IMG/VR virus record: IMGVR_UViG_3300043446_003158
Location: 32,001-96,000 of that record
Source: a virus
Length of the DNA stretch: 64,000 bases
Direction: 5' to 3' (one strand)
Shown: positions 16,601 to 27,223 of the stretch, piece after piece
Numbering within the stretch: position 1 is the first letter of the stretch
Layout of the letters: each line of letters starts with the position of its first letter
Notes under the pieces: model-generated
The model's database searches: none
Seen by the model: only the letters and a program-made list of their open reading frames with translations
Told to the model about the DNA's origin: nothing
Made by a program: the position numbers and the translations under genes

Positions 16601-19600
16601 CCTTGATCTCCTTGAAGTCCTTGAGTGCCTTGAGTCCCCTGCAAACCTTGAGTTCCCTGAACTCCTTGAAGTCCTTGAGTACCTTGAGTACCTTGATCAC
16701 CTTGAAGTCCTTGAGTACCTTGAACTCCTTGTAAACCTTGAGTACCTTGAACACCTTGAAGTCCTTGGGTTCCTTGAACACCTTGATCACCTTGAAGTCC
16801 TTGAGTACCTTGAACTCCCTGCAATCCTTGAGTTCCTTGAGTTCCTTGTGTTCCTTGTAAACCTTGGGTTCCTTGAGTCCCTTGCCCACCTGAACCTTGA
16901 GTCCCCTGCAAACCTTGAGTTCCTTGTACTCCTTGATCTCCTTGAAGTCCTTGAGTGCCTTGAGTCCCCTGCAAACCTTGAGTTCCCTGAACTCCTTGAA
17001 GTCCTTGAGTACCTTGAGTACCTTGATCACCTTGAAGTCCTTGAGTACCTTGAACTCCCTGCAATCCTTGAGTACCTTGTGTTCCTTGTAAACCTTGGGT
17101 TCCTTGAGTCCCTTGCCCACCTGAACCTTGAATTCCTTGTAAACCTTGAGTTCCTTGTACTCCTTGATCTCCTTGAAGACCTTGAAGACCTTGAACACCC
17201 TGATTACTTAAACCTTGAAGACCTTGAACACCCTGATCACCTTGAAGCCCTTGAGTTCCCTGAACTCCTTGATTACCGGATCCTTGAACTCCCTGTAAAC
17301 CTTGATCACCTTGGAGTCCTTGTGTTCCTTGAGGTCCTTGCGATCCAACACCTTGAAGTCCTTGCAGTCCTTGGGTTCCTTGAACTCCCTGTAATCCTTG
17401 AGTACCCTGAACTCCTTGATTACTTAAACCTTGAATTCCCTGATCACCTTGCAATCCTTGGATTCCCTGATCACCCTGAAGTCCTTGTGTTCCTTGAACA
17501 CCCTGAACACCTTGATTACTTAATCCTTGAACACCTTGGATTCCTTGATCACCTTGAAGTCCTTGAGTACCTTGAACTCCTTGATTACTTAATCCCTGAA
17601 CACCTTGAATTCCTTGATCACCTTGAAGTCCTTGAGTTCCCTGAACACCTTGATTACTTAAACCTTGAATACCTTGTAGTCCTTGTGTACCTTGAAGACC
17701 TTGAATTCCCTGTCTTCCCTGCAACCCTTGAGTTCCTTGGAATCCCTGAACACCTTGTAAACCTTGAGTACCTTGATTTCCTTGAGGTCCTTGATCTCCA
17801 ACATCTCCAGTTCTAGCAAACGTGATAATAACATCATCATTATCACTAAAATAAGTACTACTACCAACAATAAAATTACAGTTTACATCCCAATATCCAG
17901 TTTGCAGTTCAGCTCCTGGTCCTCCACCTTGACCAGTTATTGAATTTATTGTAAATAAAGCAAATACAGAAGAATCAAATTTTTTAGAGATTCTAAAATG
18001 TCCCTTTATTACAGAACTAGAATCATTAATAGTTGTTAAAAATGATTGTATATCAGTTGAATTATCATCAAGATTATCAATATACATTGAATCTGATAAT
18101 TTATAATCACTATTATTAAACTTTAATCTACCAGTTCCAGGGTCAGAATTATCATAATCAGACTCAAAAGTATAATCAAAACTAGCTCCACCAAAATTAC
18201 CATCTCTACCTCTTGGTCCTTGAGTTCCTTGAAGTCCTTGTGTTGCTTGAGTTCCTTGAGTTCCTTGAGTTCCAGAACCTTGAATTCCCTGGAATCCTTG
18301 CAATCCTTGTGTCCCCTGTGTTCCTTGAATTCCTTGATTACTTAATCCTTGAACACCTTGGATTCCTTGATCACCTTGAAGTCCTTGAGTACCTTGAACT
18401 CCTTGATTACTTAATCCCTGAACACCTTGAATTCCTTGATCACCCTGAAGTCCTTGAATACCTTGAGTTCCTTGAGTACCTTGGTCACCTTGCAATCCTT
18501 GAATTCCTTGAATTCCTTGATCACCTTGCAATCCTTGAATTCCCTGAATTCCTTGATCACCTTGCAATCCTTGGATTCCTTGATTACCTTGCAATCCTTG
18601 GATTCCTTGGTCACCCTGAAGTCCTTGAGTTCCTTGTCTTCCTTGAATACCTTGATTACCCTGAGATCCTGTATTTCCTACACTTCCACGAAATCCTTGA
18701 GTACCCTGAAGTCCTTGAGAACCTTGATTACTTAATCCTTGAATACCTTGAATTCCTTGATCACCCTGGAGTCCTTGTGTTCCTTGATCACCCTGAAGTC
18801 CTTGGGTTCCTTGAGTTCCTTGAACTCCCTGTAAACCTTGAGTTCCTTGGTCACCTTGAAGTCCTTGAGTACCTTGAACTCCTTGAGTACCCTGAAGTCC
18901 TTGAGAACCTTGATTGCCAGAACCTTGAACACCTTGAGTTCCTTGATCACCTTGAAGTCCTTGAGTTCCTTGTGTTCCTTGAACACCTTGATTACCAGAT
19001 CCCTGAACACCTTGAGTGCCTTGAACTCCTTGTAAACCTTGAGTTCCTTGAACTCCCTGTAATCCTTGAGTACCTTGAACACCTTGAAGTCCTTGGGTTC
19101 CTTGAACACCTTGAAGTCCTTGCGTTCCCTGAACTCCTTGATTACCAGATCCTTGAACACCTTGAGTTCCTTGGCCACCTTGAAGTCCTTGTGTTCCTTG
19201 AACTCCCTGCAATCCTTGAGTTCCTTGATCACCTTGAAGTCCTTGAGTTCCCTGTAATCCTTGAGTACCTTGAACTCCTTGAAATCCTTGTATTCCTTGA
19301 ACACCTTGATCACCCTGAAGTCCTTGAGTACCCTGAACTCCTTGATTACTTAAACCCTGCAATCCTTGAGTGCCTTGAGGTCCTCTAACAGTTCCAACAT
19401 CATTCCAAATAGATCCATCAAAAACCCATAAATTTCCAGTATCCGAAGCAATAACACCATCACCAGTTCCTGGAGGATACCATGAATAGATAGTGTCATT
19501 ATTTGTTAATGTTGTAGATCCAACAGAAGTAGTTTTTGATGGTACTGATCCAACAATAGTAACTGAAGTTCCAGCATCACCTTTATCACCTTTTTGCCCC

Positions 19601-22600
19601 AAAACACCTTGAGTTCCCTGTAAACCTTGAGTTCCTTGAATTCCCTGATTACTTAAACCTTGGACACCTTGGATTCCTTGGTCACCTTGTAATCCTTGGA
19701 TACCTTGAGTTCCCTGTAACCCTTGAGTTCCTTGAACTCCCTGATCACCCTGAAGTCCTTGAGTACCTTGAACTCCTTGATTACTTAAACCTTGAACACC
19801 TTGAGTTCCTTGAACTCCCTGTAAACCTTGAGTTCCTTGGTCACCTTGAAGTCCTTGAATTCCTTGAGTACCTTGATTACCAGATCCTTGAACACCTTGA
19901 GTTCCTTGAACTCCCTGTAAACCTTGAGTTCCTTGAGTACCTTGATTACCAGATCCTTGAACACCTTGAGTTCCTTGGTCACCTTGAAGTCCTTGTGTCC
20001 CTTGAGTTCCCTGTCCACCAGAACCTTGAATTCCCTGTAAACCTTGAGTTCCTTGAACCCCCTGATCACCTTGCAATCCTTGAATTCCCTGAGTTCCCTG
20101 TCCACCAAAACCTTGAATTCCCTGTAAACCTTGAGTTCCTTGAACTCCTTGCAAACCTTGAGTACCTTGGGTTCCTTGGTCACCCTGAAGTCCTTGAGTA
20201 CCTTGAACTCCTTGATCACCTTGAAGTCCTTGAATTCCCTGATCACCCTGAAGTCCTTGTGTTCCTTGAGTTCCTTGAACACCTTGAAGTCCTTGAGTAC
20301 CTTGAACTCCTTGATCACCTTGAAGTCCTTGAGTACCTTGAACTCCTTGATCACCTTGAAGTCCTTGTGTTCCTTGATCACCTTGAAGTCCTTGAGTACC
20401 TTGAACTCCTTGATCACCTTGAAGTCCTTGAACTCCCTGTAAACCTTGTGTTCCCTGAACTCCCTGTAAACCTTGAGTACCTTGAACTCCTTGATCACCT
20501 TGAAGTCCTTGTGTTCCCTGAGTGCCTTGAGCACCAGAAGTTCCAGTGGCAGAAAATGTTATTGATTTTGGAGCAGAAGCTTTAGTTGTAATTGCAATTC
20601 CAGGACCAGCAATAAACTCAACAGTATCTTCACCAACAGCTTCTAATGTATCTTGACCAGCAACGTTCCAAGTTTTAAAGCTACTACCCAACTCAACAAA
20701 TACTTCACCACCACCAAGACTTGTAACCGCAAATCCAGTAGTTTTGTCAAATCTTATAGCACTTACATTAGATACAACATCACTATTGTTACTACCAGAA
20801 TATCCATTTCTAGTGCTAACAGTTAAAGCTGGTGCAGATGTTCCTTGAATACCCTGAAATCCTTGCAATCCAACACCTTGAACTCCCTGCAATCCTTGAG
20901 TTCCCTGTACTCCTTGATCCCCCTGAAGTCCTTGAGTACCTTGAACTCCCTGCAATCCTTGAGTTCCTTGAATTCCCTGATCACCCTGAAGTCCTTGTGT
21001 TCCTTGAGTTCCTTGAGTTCCTTGAACACCTTGAAGTCCTTGAGTACCTTGAACTCCTTGATCACCTTGAAGTCCTTGTGTTCCTTGATCACCTTGAAGT
21101 CCTTGTGTTCCTTGAACTCCCTGCAATCCTTGAGTTCCTTGAACTCCTTGGTCACCTTGAAGTCCTTGAGTACCTTGAACTCCTTGAAGTCCTTGTGTTC
21201 CTTGTAAACCTTGAAGTCCTTGTGTTCCTTGAACACCTTGATTACTTAAACCTTGAATTCCCTGAACTCCTTGATCACCCTGGAGTCCTTGAGTTCCTTG
21301 AACTCCCTGCAATCCTTGAGTTCCTTGTGTTCCTTGTAAACCTTGGGTTCCTTGAGTTCCTTGAACTCCTTGATTTCCTTGGAGTCCTTGAGTACCTTGA
21401 ACACCTTGATTACCCTGAAGTCCTTGAGTACCTTGTAATCCTTGGGTTCCTTGTAATCCTTGTGTTCCTTGAACTCCTTGATCACCCTGAAGTCCTTGAG
21501 TACCTTGAGTTCCTTGAATTCCTTGTAATCCCTGAGTTCCTTGAACTCCTTGATTTCCTTGGAGTCCTTGAGTACCTTGAACTCCTTGATCCCCCTGAAG
21601 TCCTTGAATACCTTGAACTCCTTGATTACTTAAACCTTGTAATCCTTGAGTACCTTGCGGACCTCTAATATTTCCAACATCATTCCAAACTGGTGTTGTT
21701 GAATCATATACCCACAAATTTCCAGTATCTGAAGCAATAACACCATCACCAGTTGAAGCAGGATACCAAGAATAAACAGTATCATTATTAGTTAAAGTAG
21801 ATGATCCAATAGAAGTAGTTTTTGAAGGTACTGATCCAATAATTTTAACGGATGTTCCTGTGTCACCTTTATCACCTTTTTGCCCTAAAATTCCTTGTAT
21901 TCCTTGAAGTCCTTGAACTCCTTGATTACTTAAACCTTGAACACCTTGAATTCCTTGATTACCCTGAAGTCCTTGTGTTCCTTGAGTTCCTTGAACACCT
22001 TGAAGTCCTTGAGTACCTTGAACACCTTGAATTCCTTGATCACCCTGAAGTCCTTGAGTACCTTGAGTTCCTTGATTACCCTGTGTTCCTTGAACTCCTT
22101 GATCACCCTGAAGTCCTTGAGTTCCTTGTGTTCCTTGAGTACTTTGAGTTCCTTGTAAACCTTGAATCCCTTGAATACCTTGTTCACCTTGAAGACCTTG
22201 GATTCCTTGATTACCCTGAAGTCCTTGAGTTCCTTGATTACCCTGAAGTCCTTGAGTTCCTTGATTACCCTGAAGTCCTTGAGTTCCCTGAACTCCTTGA
22301 TTACCGGATCCTTGAACTCCCTGTAAACCTTGAGTACCTTGAGTACCTTGAGTTCCCTGTATTCCTTGATCACCTTGAAGTCCTTGTGTTCCTTGAACAC
22401 CTTGATTACTTAAACCTTGAATTCCCTGAACTCCTTGATCACCCTGGAGTCCTTGAGTTCCTTGAACTCCCTGCAATCCTTGAGTTCCTTGTGTTCCTTG
22501 TAAACCTTGGGTTCCTTGAGTTCCTTGCCCACCACTAAATCCTTGAACACCTTGAACACCTTGCTCACCTTGGAGTCCTTGTGTTCCTTGATTTCCTTGA

Positions 22601-22950
22601 GTTCCTTGAGTTCCTTGAGTTCCTTGCCCACCACTAAATCCTTGAACACCTTGCTCACCTTGGAGTCCTTGTGTTCCTTGAACGCCTTGACCTGCAAATT
22701 CACCAGATAATCCTTGAATACCTTGTTCACCTTGAAGACCTTGGATTCCTTGGTCACCTTTACCAACAAATCCTCCAGATAAACCTTGAGTTCCCTGTTC
22801 ACCAATAGATCCATCAGATCCTTTTTGTCCCTGCAATCCTTGAGTGCCTTGAGCACCAGAACTACTGGCAACTATTTTTACAGCATTTTCTTGGCCGACC
22901 CTAACGGTTGGTTGATTTCCAGAATTTACACGAACCCGTATGTCTGCCAT
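13657..22950 (-). CDS. Collagen-like (Gly-X-Gln) long fibre protein, 3,097 aa, with a C-terminal peptidase S74 intramolecular chaperone
   Basis: Hundreds of [11 protein letters not shown] triplets interrupted by globular fibre modules; C-terminus SDEILK..I..ALDKV..LRGVEF...GLIAQE.E...P.VV...[14 protein letters not shown]. Confidence 0.9.
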   Translation of the reverse strand: MADIRVRVNSGNQPTVRVGQENAVKIVASSSGAQGTQGLQGQKGSDGSIGEQGTQGLSGGFVGKGDQGIQGLQGEQGIQGLSGEFAGQGVQGTQGLQGEQGVQGFSGGQGTQGTQGTQGNQGTQGLQGEQGVQGVQGFSGGQGTQGTQGLQGTQGTQGLQGVQGTQGLQGDQGVQGIQGLSNQGVQGTQGLQGDQGIQGTQGTQGTQGLQGVQGSGNQGVQGTQGLQGNQGTQGLQGNQGTQGLQGNQGIQGLQGEQGIQGIQGLQGTQSTQGTQGTQGLQGDQGVQGTQGNQGTQGTQGLQGDQGIQGVQGTQGLQGVQGTQGTQGLQGNQGIQGVQGLSNQGVQGLQGIQGILGQKGDKGDTGTSVKIIGSVPSKTTSIGSSTLTNNDTVYSWYPASTGDGVIASDTGNLWVYDSTTPVWNDVGNIRGPQGTQGLQGLSNQGVQGIQGLQGDQGVQGTQGLQGNQGVQGTQGLQGIQGTQGTQGLQGDQGVQGTQGLQGTQGLQGTQGLQGNQGVQGTQGLQGNQGVQGTQGTQGLQGTQGTQGLQGVQGTQGLQGDQGVQGIQGLSNQGVQGTQGLQGLQGTQGLQGVQGTQGLQGDQGVQGTQGLQGVQGTQGLQGDQGTQGLQGDQGVQGTQGLQGVQGTQGTQGTQGLQGDQGIQGTQGLQGVQGTQGLQGDQGVQGTQGLQGVQGVGLQGFQGIQGTSAPALTVSTRNGYSGSNNSDVVSNVSAIRFDKTTGFAVTSLGGGEVFVELGSSFKTWNVAGQDTLEAVGEDTVEFIAGPGIAITTKASAPKSITFSATGTSGAQGTQGTQGLQGDQGVQGTQGLQGVQGTQGLQGVQGLQGDQGVQGTQGLQGDQGTQGLQGDQGVQGTQGLQGDQGVQGTQGLQGVQGTQGTQGLQGDQGIQGLQGDQGVQGTQGLQGDQGTQGTQGLQGVQGTQGLQGIQGFGGQGTQGIQGLQGDQGVQGTQGLQGIQGSGGQGTQGTQGLQGDQGTQGVQGSGNQGTQGTQGLQGVQGTQGVQGSGNQGTQGIQGLQGDQGTQGLQGVQGTQGVQGLSNQGVQGTQGLQGDQGVQGTQGLQGTQGIQGLQGDQGIQGVQGLSNQGIQGTQGLQGTQGVLGQKGDKGDAGTSVTIVGSVPSKTTSVGSTTLTNNDTIYSWYPPGTGDGVIASDTGNLWVFDGSIWNDVGTVRGPQGTQGLQGLSNQGVQGTQGLQGDQGVQGIQGFQGVQGTQGLQGTQGLQGDQGTQGLQGVQGTQGLQGGQGTQGVQGSGNQGVQGTQGLQGVQGTQGLQGVQGTQGLQGVQGTQGLQGVQGTQGVQGSGNQGVQGTQGTQGLQGDQGTQGVQGSGNQGSQGLQGTQGVQGTQGLQGDQGTQGLQGVQGTQGTQGLQGDQGTQGLQGDQGIQGIQGLSNQGSQGLQGTQGFRGSVGNTGSQGNQGIQGRQGTQGLQGDQGIQGLQGNQGIQGLQGDQGIQGIQGLQGDQGIQGIQGLQGDQGTQGTQGIQGLQGDQGIQGVQGLSNQGVQGTQGLQGDQGIQGVQGLSNQGIQGTQGTQGLQGFQGIQGSGTQGTQGTQATQGLQGTQGPRGRDGNFGGASFDYTFESDYDNSDPGTGRLKFNNSDYKLSDSMYIDNLDDNSTDIQSFLTTINDSSSVIKGHFRISKKFDSSVFALFTINSITGQGGGPGAELQTGYWDVNCNFIVGSSTYFSDNDDVIITFARTGDVGDQGPQGNQGTQGLQGVQGFQGTQGLQGRQGIQGLQGTQGLQGIQGLSNQGVQGTQGLQGDQGIQGVQGLSNQGVQGTQGLQGDQGIQGVQGLSNQGVQGVQGTQGLQGDQGIQGLQGDQGIQGLSNQGVQGTQGLQGVQGTQGLQGLQGVGSQGPQGTQGLQGDQGLQGVQGSGNQGVQGTQGLQGDQGVQGLQGLSNQGVQGLQGLQGDQGVQGTQGLQGIQGSGGQGTQGTQGLQGTQGTQGLQGVQGTQGLQGDQGTQGTQGLQGVQGTQGLQGTQGTQGLQGDQGVQGTQGLQGTQGSGGQGTQGTQGLQGTQGTQGTQGLQGVQGTQGLQGDQGVQGTQGLQGVQGTQGLQGVQGTQGLQGDQGTQGTQGLQGVQGTQGLQGTQGTQGLQGDQGVQGTQGLQGTQGAQGLQGVQGVQGTQGLQGVQGTQGLQGVQGTQGLQGTQGAQGLQGVQGVQGIQGLQGVQGTQGLQGTQGTQGLQGVQGTQGLQGVQGVQGTQGLQGVQGTQGLQGVQGQTGPVAGSANQIVYKDGSNNPTGSGNLTFDGSNLYVGGNITIGGTSSYIVSNELRIKDKDIVVGVITDAFGNDVSTDTTANTGGIAIASTEGSPLVNFNSGGEITPDTYKQLMWFKSGTFTGLNTDAWAFNYALGIGTLTIPNGVRLAAGGMQVSDTSLNFNGGEIKAGRVDTGSEGGQLSFGRATDNATSWYIDVYGNTSTPSLRFVDASSAAVRAQIDGTGNFLFEGPIELNSTLKDIYNNVGAAGSVLISTGAGVSWTTPYAAGLQGLQGLRGQDGVIGVDGFQGTQGLQGVQGTQGLQGVQGTQGLQGLQGVQGTQGLQGTQGTQGLQGVQGTQGLQGVQGTQGTQGLQGVQGTQGLQGLQGLQGDQGTQGTQGLQGVQGTQGLQGTQGTQGLQGDQGVQGTQGLQGVQGTQGLQGVQGVQGTQGLQGTQGTQGTQGTQGLQGVQGIQGLQGDQGVQGTQGLQGVQGTQGLQGVQGTQGTQGLQGVQGTQGLQGVQGTQGTQGLQGVQGTQGLQGVQGTQGLQGDQGVQGTQGLQGVQGTQGLQGVQGVQGTQGLQGVQGTQGLQGVQGLQGVQGTQGLQGDQGVQGTQGLQGDQGIQGLQGVQGTQGLQGDQGVQGTQGLQGIQGTQGLQGVQGTQGLQGLQGTIGPVAGSDKQIIFNDNNSAGASANLTFDKTTQVMQVGSAITFYGSLGIVSATSYYGDGSKLSNINASGSVTIYDDTTTNSNWYVGILSVTAGAAQTAYVSSTKLTFNPSTGNLVAGGTLTANSDEILKINVKTIENALDKVLMLRGVEFDRTDSGDHQIGLIAQEIEKIVPDVVYPKKKTENYEVKSVAYSNLVALLIEAIKELNLKIDSK
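14666..14854. repeat. Three exact tandem copies of a 63-bp unit inside the collagen gene (one of many 9n-bp repeats)
   Basis: Unit ccttgtgttccttgaactccctgtaaaccttgagtaccttgaacaccttgaagtccttgggtt at 14666, 14729 and 14792. Confidence 0.85.
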
Positions 22951-22996
22951 TAGATGATTTCTCTCGCTGATAAATCAAAAAATTCTCTGTTATGTA

Positions 22997-23003
22997 TATT
23001 TAT
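22997..23003 (-). promoter_or_regulatory. T4-type late promoter (ATAAATA) upstream of the fibre locus
   Basis: AATAAATA about 47 nt upstream of the collagen ATG. Confidence 0.6.
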
Positions 23004-23375
23004 TTAAGTACAATTATTCCTCCTCAATCTATATGGATACAATTCTTTTACTTGTTTTTTAGTAATCCAATCACTTATTTTATTATATTTGTTCTCCGAA
23101 AAAAACTCTTTTTTAAAAAACCATTCATCCCATTTTTTATGTCCTTTATCATGATTACAAGTTTTACAACAACAAACAATATTAGTTGAAACGTCAAGTC
23201 CACCAAACGATTGAGGAATTACATGATCTAATGTAATATCAGTTTTAGATCCACAATAAGCACACTCATAATTCCATTTTTCTTTTATTGCTTCTTTCCA
23301 AATTTTTTTTGCTTTATTTGATGAAGTAGTTTCAAGATTGTACAAATAACATTCGGAAGAATGAAACAATTCCAT
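23004..23375 (-). CDS. HNH endonuclease family protein
   Basis: CAYCG...TLDHVIPQSFGG....NIVCCCKTCNHDKG motif. Confidence 0.9.
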   Translation of the reverse strand: MELFHSSECYLYNLETTSSNKAKKIWKEAIKEKWNYECAYCGSKTDITLDHVIPQSFGGLDVSTNIVCCCKTCNHDKGHKKWDEWFFKKEFFSENKYNKISDWITKKQVKELYPYRLRRNNCT

Positions 23376-23523
23376 AAAGAAAATATAACTTATACTTATT
23401 TATTTAATCTTTAATAGTATTTTTGCAGTTTCTTTTAGAGTTATAAAAATATAATGAAACTCTTCATAATAAGTAATGTCAGAATCTCTTTCTAAAAAAA
23501 ATTTAAAATTTTGAATATATTTT

Positions 23524-24489
23524 TTATAATAATGCATCTTTAACTTTATTTGCAATTTGATTCATTAAATTGTTCCACCAATTTAAATTTTTTTCTTGCA
23601 TTTCTTGCAATTTTTCAGGATATTTTAATAGGTTATTACATTTAACTACAGCATCTTCCCAAGAACTTGCATATAACCAAGGAGGATGTTCTAAAAAGTT
23701 AAATACGATTGATATTTCATTTGGAAATCTTTCAACAACAACAGGTATTGCTCCACAAATAGTACATTCATAATTCCTAAAACAATTTAATGATGTATTA
23801 CCTCTCCCACACGGAACAAATATAGAATTATTATAGAGATCAACCAACTGTTTTTTACTTACTCCACTTTCTTTAAAAATATAATTGTCAACATTAGATG
23901 AAAATATATCAATCATCTTCCCCCTATCAGTTGTTGGAAGCCATTTTTCATACGTAAAATCATAATAATAAAATTGATAGTCTTTTATAGCACCAACAAA
24001 AGACCAATTTAACTTTCTATTACACATAGGTATTATATCATTTTTGTTAATATGAGTATCATTTAAATATCCAAGAGGCATGTGAATTAAATTTTCAAAT
24101 TTTGGGATACCTGTTCCAAATTGAACATTTCTAAATTCACTATGATTATGCTGCCTTAACATTAAATTGCAGTGCAAAGAAAGACTATTATGTATCTCCA
24201 AATTTTCGTGAGAATATTCGTCAGACAATTGAATTATAACCTTAGGTTTTATTTTTAAAACACATTCCAAGGTTTCTTCATATGTTGGCATATATCCCCA
24301 TTCATATTTTTTAGGATCTCTACAACTATAAACAAAAACATCAAATTGTTTTTCCGAATTTCTAACTTGTTCTAAATCTAAAAAATATATACTTTTTTCA
24401 ATTTCTTTTGGTAAAATACTATTCATAATGAAATCATATTCCCACACTTCTTCCCTACAATTTCTGGAAAAAAATAATACGTTAATCAT
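23524..24489 (-). CDS. Exostosin/GT47-like glycosyltransferase-domain protein
   Basis: C-terminal WSFVG ... LYNNSIFVPCGRGN..NCFRNYECTICGAIPVV pattern. Confidence 0.55.
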   Translation of the reverse strand: MINVLFFSRNCREEVWEYDFIMNSILPKEIEKSIYFLDLEQVRNSEKQFDVFVYSCRDPKKYEWGYMPTYEETLECVLKIKPKVIIQLSDEYSHENLEIHNSLSLHCNLMLRQHNHSEFRNVQFGTGIPKFENLIHMPLGYLNDTHINKNDIIPMCNRKLNWSFVGAIKDYQFYYYDFTYEKWLPTTDRGKMIDIFSSNVDNYIFKESGVSKKQLVDLYNNSIFVPCGRGNTSLNCFRNYECTICGAIPVVVERFPNEISIVFNFLEHPPWLYASSWEDAVVKCNNLLKYPEKLQEMQEKNLNWWNNLMNQIANKVKDALL

Positions 24490-25633
24490 ATTCTACACCA
24501 TCAATCCAGTTTTTAATGCTAGCAGATCCCCATTGACTAAAACCTTTACTTTTTGTTATACAATCAAAAAACGTATTATTTTTCGCATAATCTAACGCAA
24601 ATTTAAATTGACAATCAGGTTCAAATTTTAATGATTTTGCATATTTCCAAAATGTCGTATCATATTTTGACCCATATTGGTAATGCCATAGTATAAAATT
24701 TTGAATTTTATACATTTCATTTCTAATTTCTGTGTTGCATTGTTCTTTACTTTTATTATTAAAAATATAATCTAAACAAATTCTAACAACAGACAAATAA
24801 TAAGTCATGGAAGATGCTTCTAATGGTTCCAAAAAACACAATCTATTCCCATTCAAAATTGTTTTTTCACCACAAAAACAATTTTTAGCAATATAATTTT
24901 CAAATTTAAAATCAAAATCTAAATCAACATTAAACATATTAAAAAAATTATTTGATGCTTCTTCAAAATTAGTTATATTATCATTAAACAGATATCCATA
25001 AGATACACTGTCTTGATTTGGAATAACAAAAGTCCACCCATCAGGAGTTGCTACAGTTCTAGTATAATTTAATTTTAAATCTGGTTTTAACTTTTTACCA
25101 ACAATCACGTGATTGAGTGGATTAATTAATTTATCATATAATTCTGGATTTCTATTATTTTTACCCCTACAATCAAAAATATAATCTGCATCAATTTCTT
25201 TTTCCGGATCAACTATATTTTTTTCAACTACATTAAACAATCCACATTCTAAAATTACTTTAGATAATAAATGAGGAACAAAATGAATTCCAGTAGTATC
25301 TAAAGGAAATGGATGAAATATTTTTTCTTTTTTATTTCCCCAATTCTCATAAAGAATTCCACTTTTATATGTTGCCTTTATCAAATTATCATTTTCATGC
25401 CAATTAATTCCAAGAACTGTAAAAATATAATCTGGAAAATCTAAGGTAGTTCCTTGTCCAACTTTTTCTATAGGTATAGAAGGATCATAATATATTGTTA
25501 TACTATCAATTAAATCGGAAGCATGTCGATAAAGACAAAGTGCTGTTGCGGAAGCAGCATTACCAGCACCAACAATTGCAATTTTCTTTTTTCTATCTAT
25601 ATTTTTTAGCACAAGCACTCCTTGCCCAAGCAC
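24482..25633 (-). CDS. Tryptophan-halogenase-family flavin-dependent enzyme
   Basis: IAIVGAG FAD motif, VGQGT, ATYKSGILYENW, GWTFVIP, FLEPLEAS; the true start may be a GTG near 25613. Confidence 0.8.
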   Translation of the reverse strand: MLGQGVLVLKNIDRKKKIAIVGAGNAASATALCLYRHASDLIDSITIYYDPSIPIEKVGQGTTLDFPDYIFTVLGINWHENDNLIKATYKSGILYENWGNKKEKIFHPFPLDTTGIHFVPHLLSKVILECGLFNVVEKNIVDPEKEIDADYIFDCRGKNNRNPELYDKLINPLNHVIVGKKLKPDLKLNYTRTVATPDGWTFVIPNQDSVSYGYLFNDNITNFEEASNNFFNMFNVDLDFDFKFENYIAKNCFCGEKTILNGNRLCFLEPLEASSMTYYLSVVRICLDYIFNNKSKEQCNTEIRNEMYKIQNFILWHYQYGSKYDTTFWKYAKSLKFEPDCQFKFALDYAKNNTFFDCITKSKGFSQWGSASIKNWIDGVEYD

Positions 25634-25778
25634 GACTTAAACTATTTACATAAGAACAAGATCTTTGTTTTTTTCCACAATAAGGACATACTGCATCTGG
25701 AGGATCTGCATTATATCCTTCTGGCGTATACATTCTATTTTTTTGATTTTGTTCTCGTTTACGTTTACGATGGTTCAT
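25593..25778 (-). CDS. Hypothetical protein with a CPYC...C motif
   Basis: ORF packed between its neighbours. Confidence 0.5.
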   Translation of the reverse strand: MNHRKRKREQNQKNRMYTPEGYNADPPDAVCPYCGKKQRSCSYVNSLSRAWARSACAKKYR

Positions 25779-26083
25779 ACAACAACTGGTTTCCCTTGAC
25801 CCTCTGGAAGTTTTAATTTCCTAGGTTCAAGTAAGTTATCAATATACTCATCAAATTTTTCCGAAGGCACCGTGTGAACAGCAACAATTTCGGTTGTTGG
25901 AAGTGCCTTTGGAATTTCAATGTCCACAACAGGACCCATTAAGAACTTATTACGAGTATAAATTCTATTCTCTGGATCCATAGAAACCATTGCAAGAGCA
26001 TCTTGTTCGTCACCACAATCTAAAAGTTTTTTTCCAGTTTTTTTATTTAATACTGAAAAATATTCTTCATTGTATCTTTTCAT
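25775..26083 (-). CDS. Hypothetical protein (start refined to MKRYNEEY)
   Basis: ORF track frame; the downstream ATG avoids overlap with the intergenic leader. Confidence 0.55.
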   Translation of the reverse strand: MKRYNEEYFSVLNKKTGKKLLDCGDEQDALAMVSMDPENRIYTRNKFLMGPVVDIEIPKALPTTEIVAVHTVPSEKFDEYIDNLLEPRKLKLPEGQGKPVVV

Positions 26084-26188
26084 TTTTAGAAGTCTTTTGA
26101 TTATTATAGGACACATGAGGTTTCCTGTAAAGACCAGGCCAAGTGTCTCTAATAATTTCCGCAAGTTTATATGGAGTTTCTGAAGTAA

Positions 26189-27214
26189 TCATCGGACGTG
26201 ATGTCCTCCAAACATAAATCTCATACCATTTAAAATCTTGGCAGCGAAAGTGCCCAGATTGCGTGAATTAAATCTTTCATAAAGAGCAGTGGTGATGACA
26301 GGAGCGGGAACCCCCAAATCCACAGCAGCATTAACCGTCCACCTACCTTCACCACTGTCGGATACTCCTCCAGAGAAGTTAGAAAGATGTGGGCTGCGGC
26401 GCAACACATCAGCAGTAAGGTCAAGTAACCAGCTACCAACAACGCTACCACGACGCCATAACTCAGCAACCTCAGCAACGTCAATATCATAGCAGTAACT
26501 TTCTGGATCTGCCATAGGGGCAACCTCTGCGTCTCCTTCTCTGACATACTTGGCACCTGCATTAGCGTTCTTGATGATATTGAATCCTTCAGCATATGCT
26601 TGCATAATACCATACTCAATGCCATTATGCACCATCTTTACAAAGTGACCAGCACCAGGACCACCACAATGTAACCAACCGTGTTCTGCTGATGTTATGT
26701 CCGAGTCAAAGTTAGTTCTGGGGGCAGATGCGATGCCTGGTGCGAGGGCATCAAAAATTCTTGCACAAGTGGCGACCGCAGTATTTCCGCCACCAACCAT
26801 AAGACAGTATCCACGATCCAAACCGTAAACGCCACCGCTAGTGCCACAATCAATATATTGGATACCAAGTTTTGCCAAGCGTTCTGCTCTTTTCCGACTG
26901 TCTTTAAAATTGCTATTGCCATGATCAATAATAATATCTCCTTCACCACAATATCGTAGTAACTCATTGATCGTCTCCTCTACTGTTTCGGCAGGAACCA
27001 CCATTTGGAAAATTCCTGGTTGCGTTCCACAACTTTTAACTACTTGAACAAGGCTTTGTATAGAAGTTGTAACACCATTAACATATCCGTTTTCGTATGC
27101 TTCTTGTGCTTTTTCATAATTTCTTCTATAACCCCAAACTTCTATGCCTGCTTTCATCATACGACGGGACATTCCTTCTCCCATTCGTCCGAGTCCAATT
27201 AGTCCTACTTTCAT
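26189..27214 (-). CDS. gnd: 6-phosphogluconate dehydrogenase (short type)
   Basis: VGLIGLGRMG, IDHGNS, DCGTSGG, GHFVKMVHNGIEYG motifs. Confidence 0.95.
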   Translation of the reverse strand: MKVGLIGLGRMGEGMSRRMMKAGIEVWGYRRNYEKAQEAYENGYVNGVTTSIQSLVQVVKSCGTQPGIFQMVVPAETVEETINELLRYCGEGDIIIDHGNSNFKDSRKRAERLAKLGIQYIDCGTSGGVYGLDRGYCLMVGGGNTAVATCARIFDALAPGIASAPRTNFDSDITSAEHGWLHCGGPGAGHFVKMVHNGIEYGIMQAYAEGFNIIKNANAGAKYVREGDAEVAPMADPESYCYDIDVAEVAELWRRGSVVGSWLLDLTADVLRRSPHLSNFSGGVSDSGEGRWTVNAAVDLGVPAPVITTALYERFNSRNLGTFAAKILNGMRFMFGGHHVR

Positions 27215-27223
27215 CTCTTTCTC

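Noticed and set aside
14263-22871. Dozens of long alternative-frame and antisense ORFs (FKVLKE, LEFLE and SLNSL repeats)
   Set aside because: Shadows of the 9-bp-periodic collagen codons, which lack stops in other frames; no RBS or independent features.
13657-22950. Possible CRISPR array or satellite
   Set aside because: The repeats are in-frame coding triplets with no unique spacers and no cas genes.
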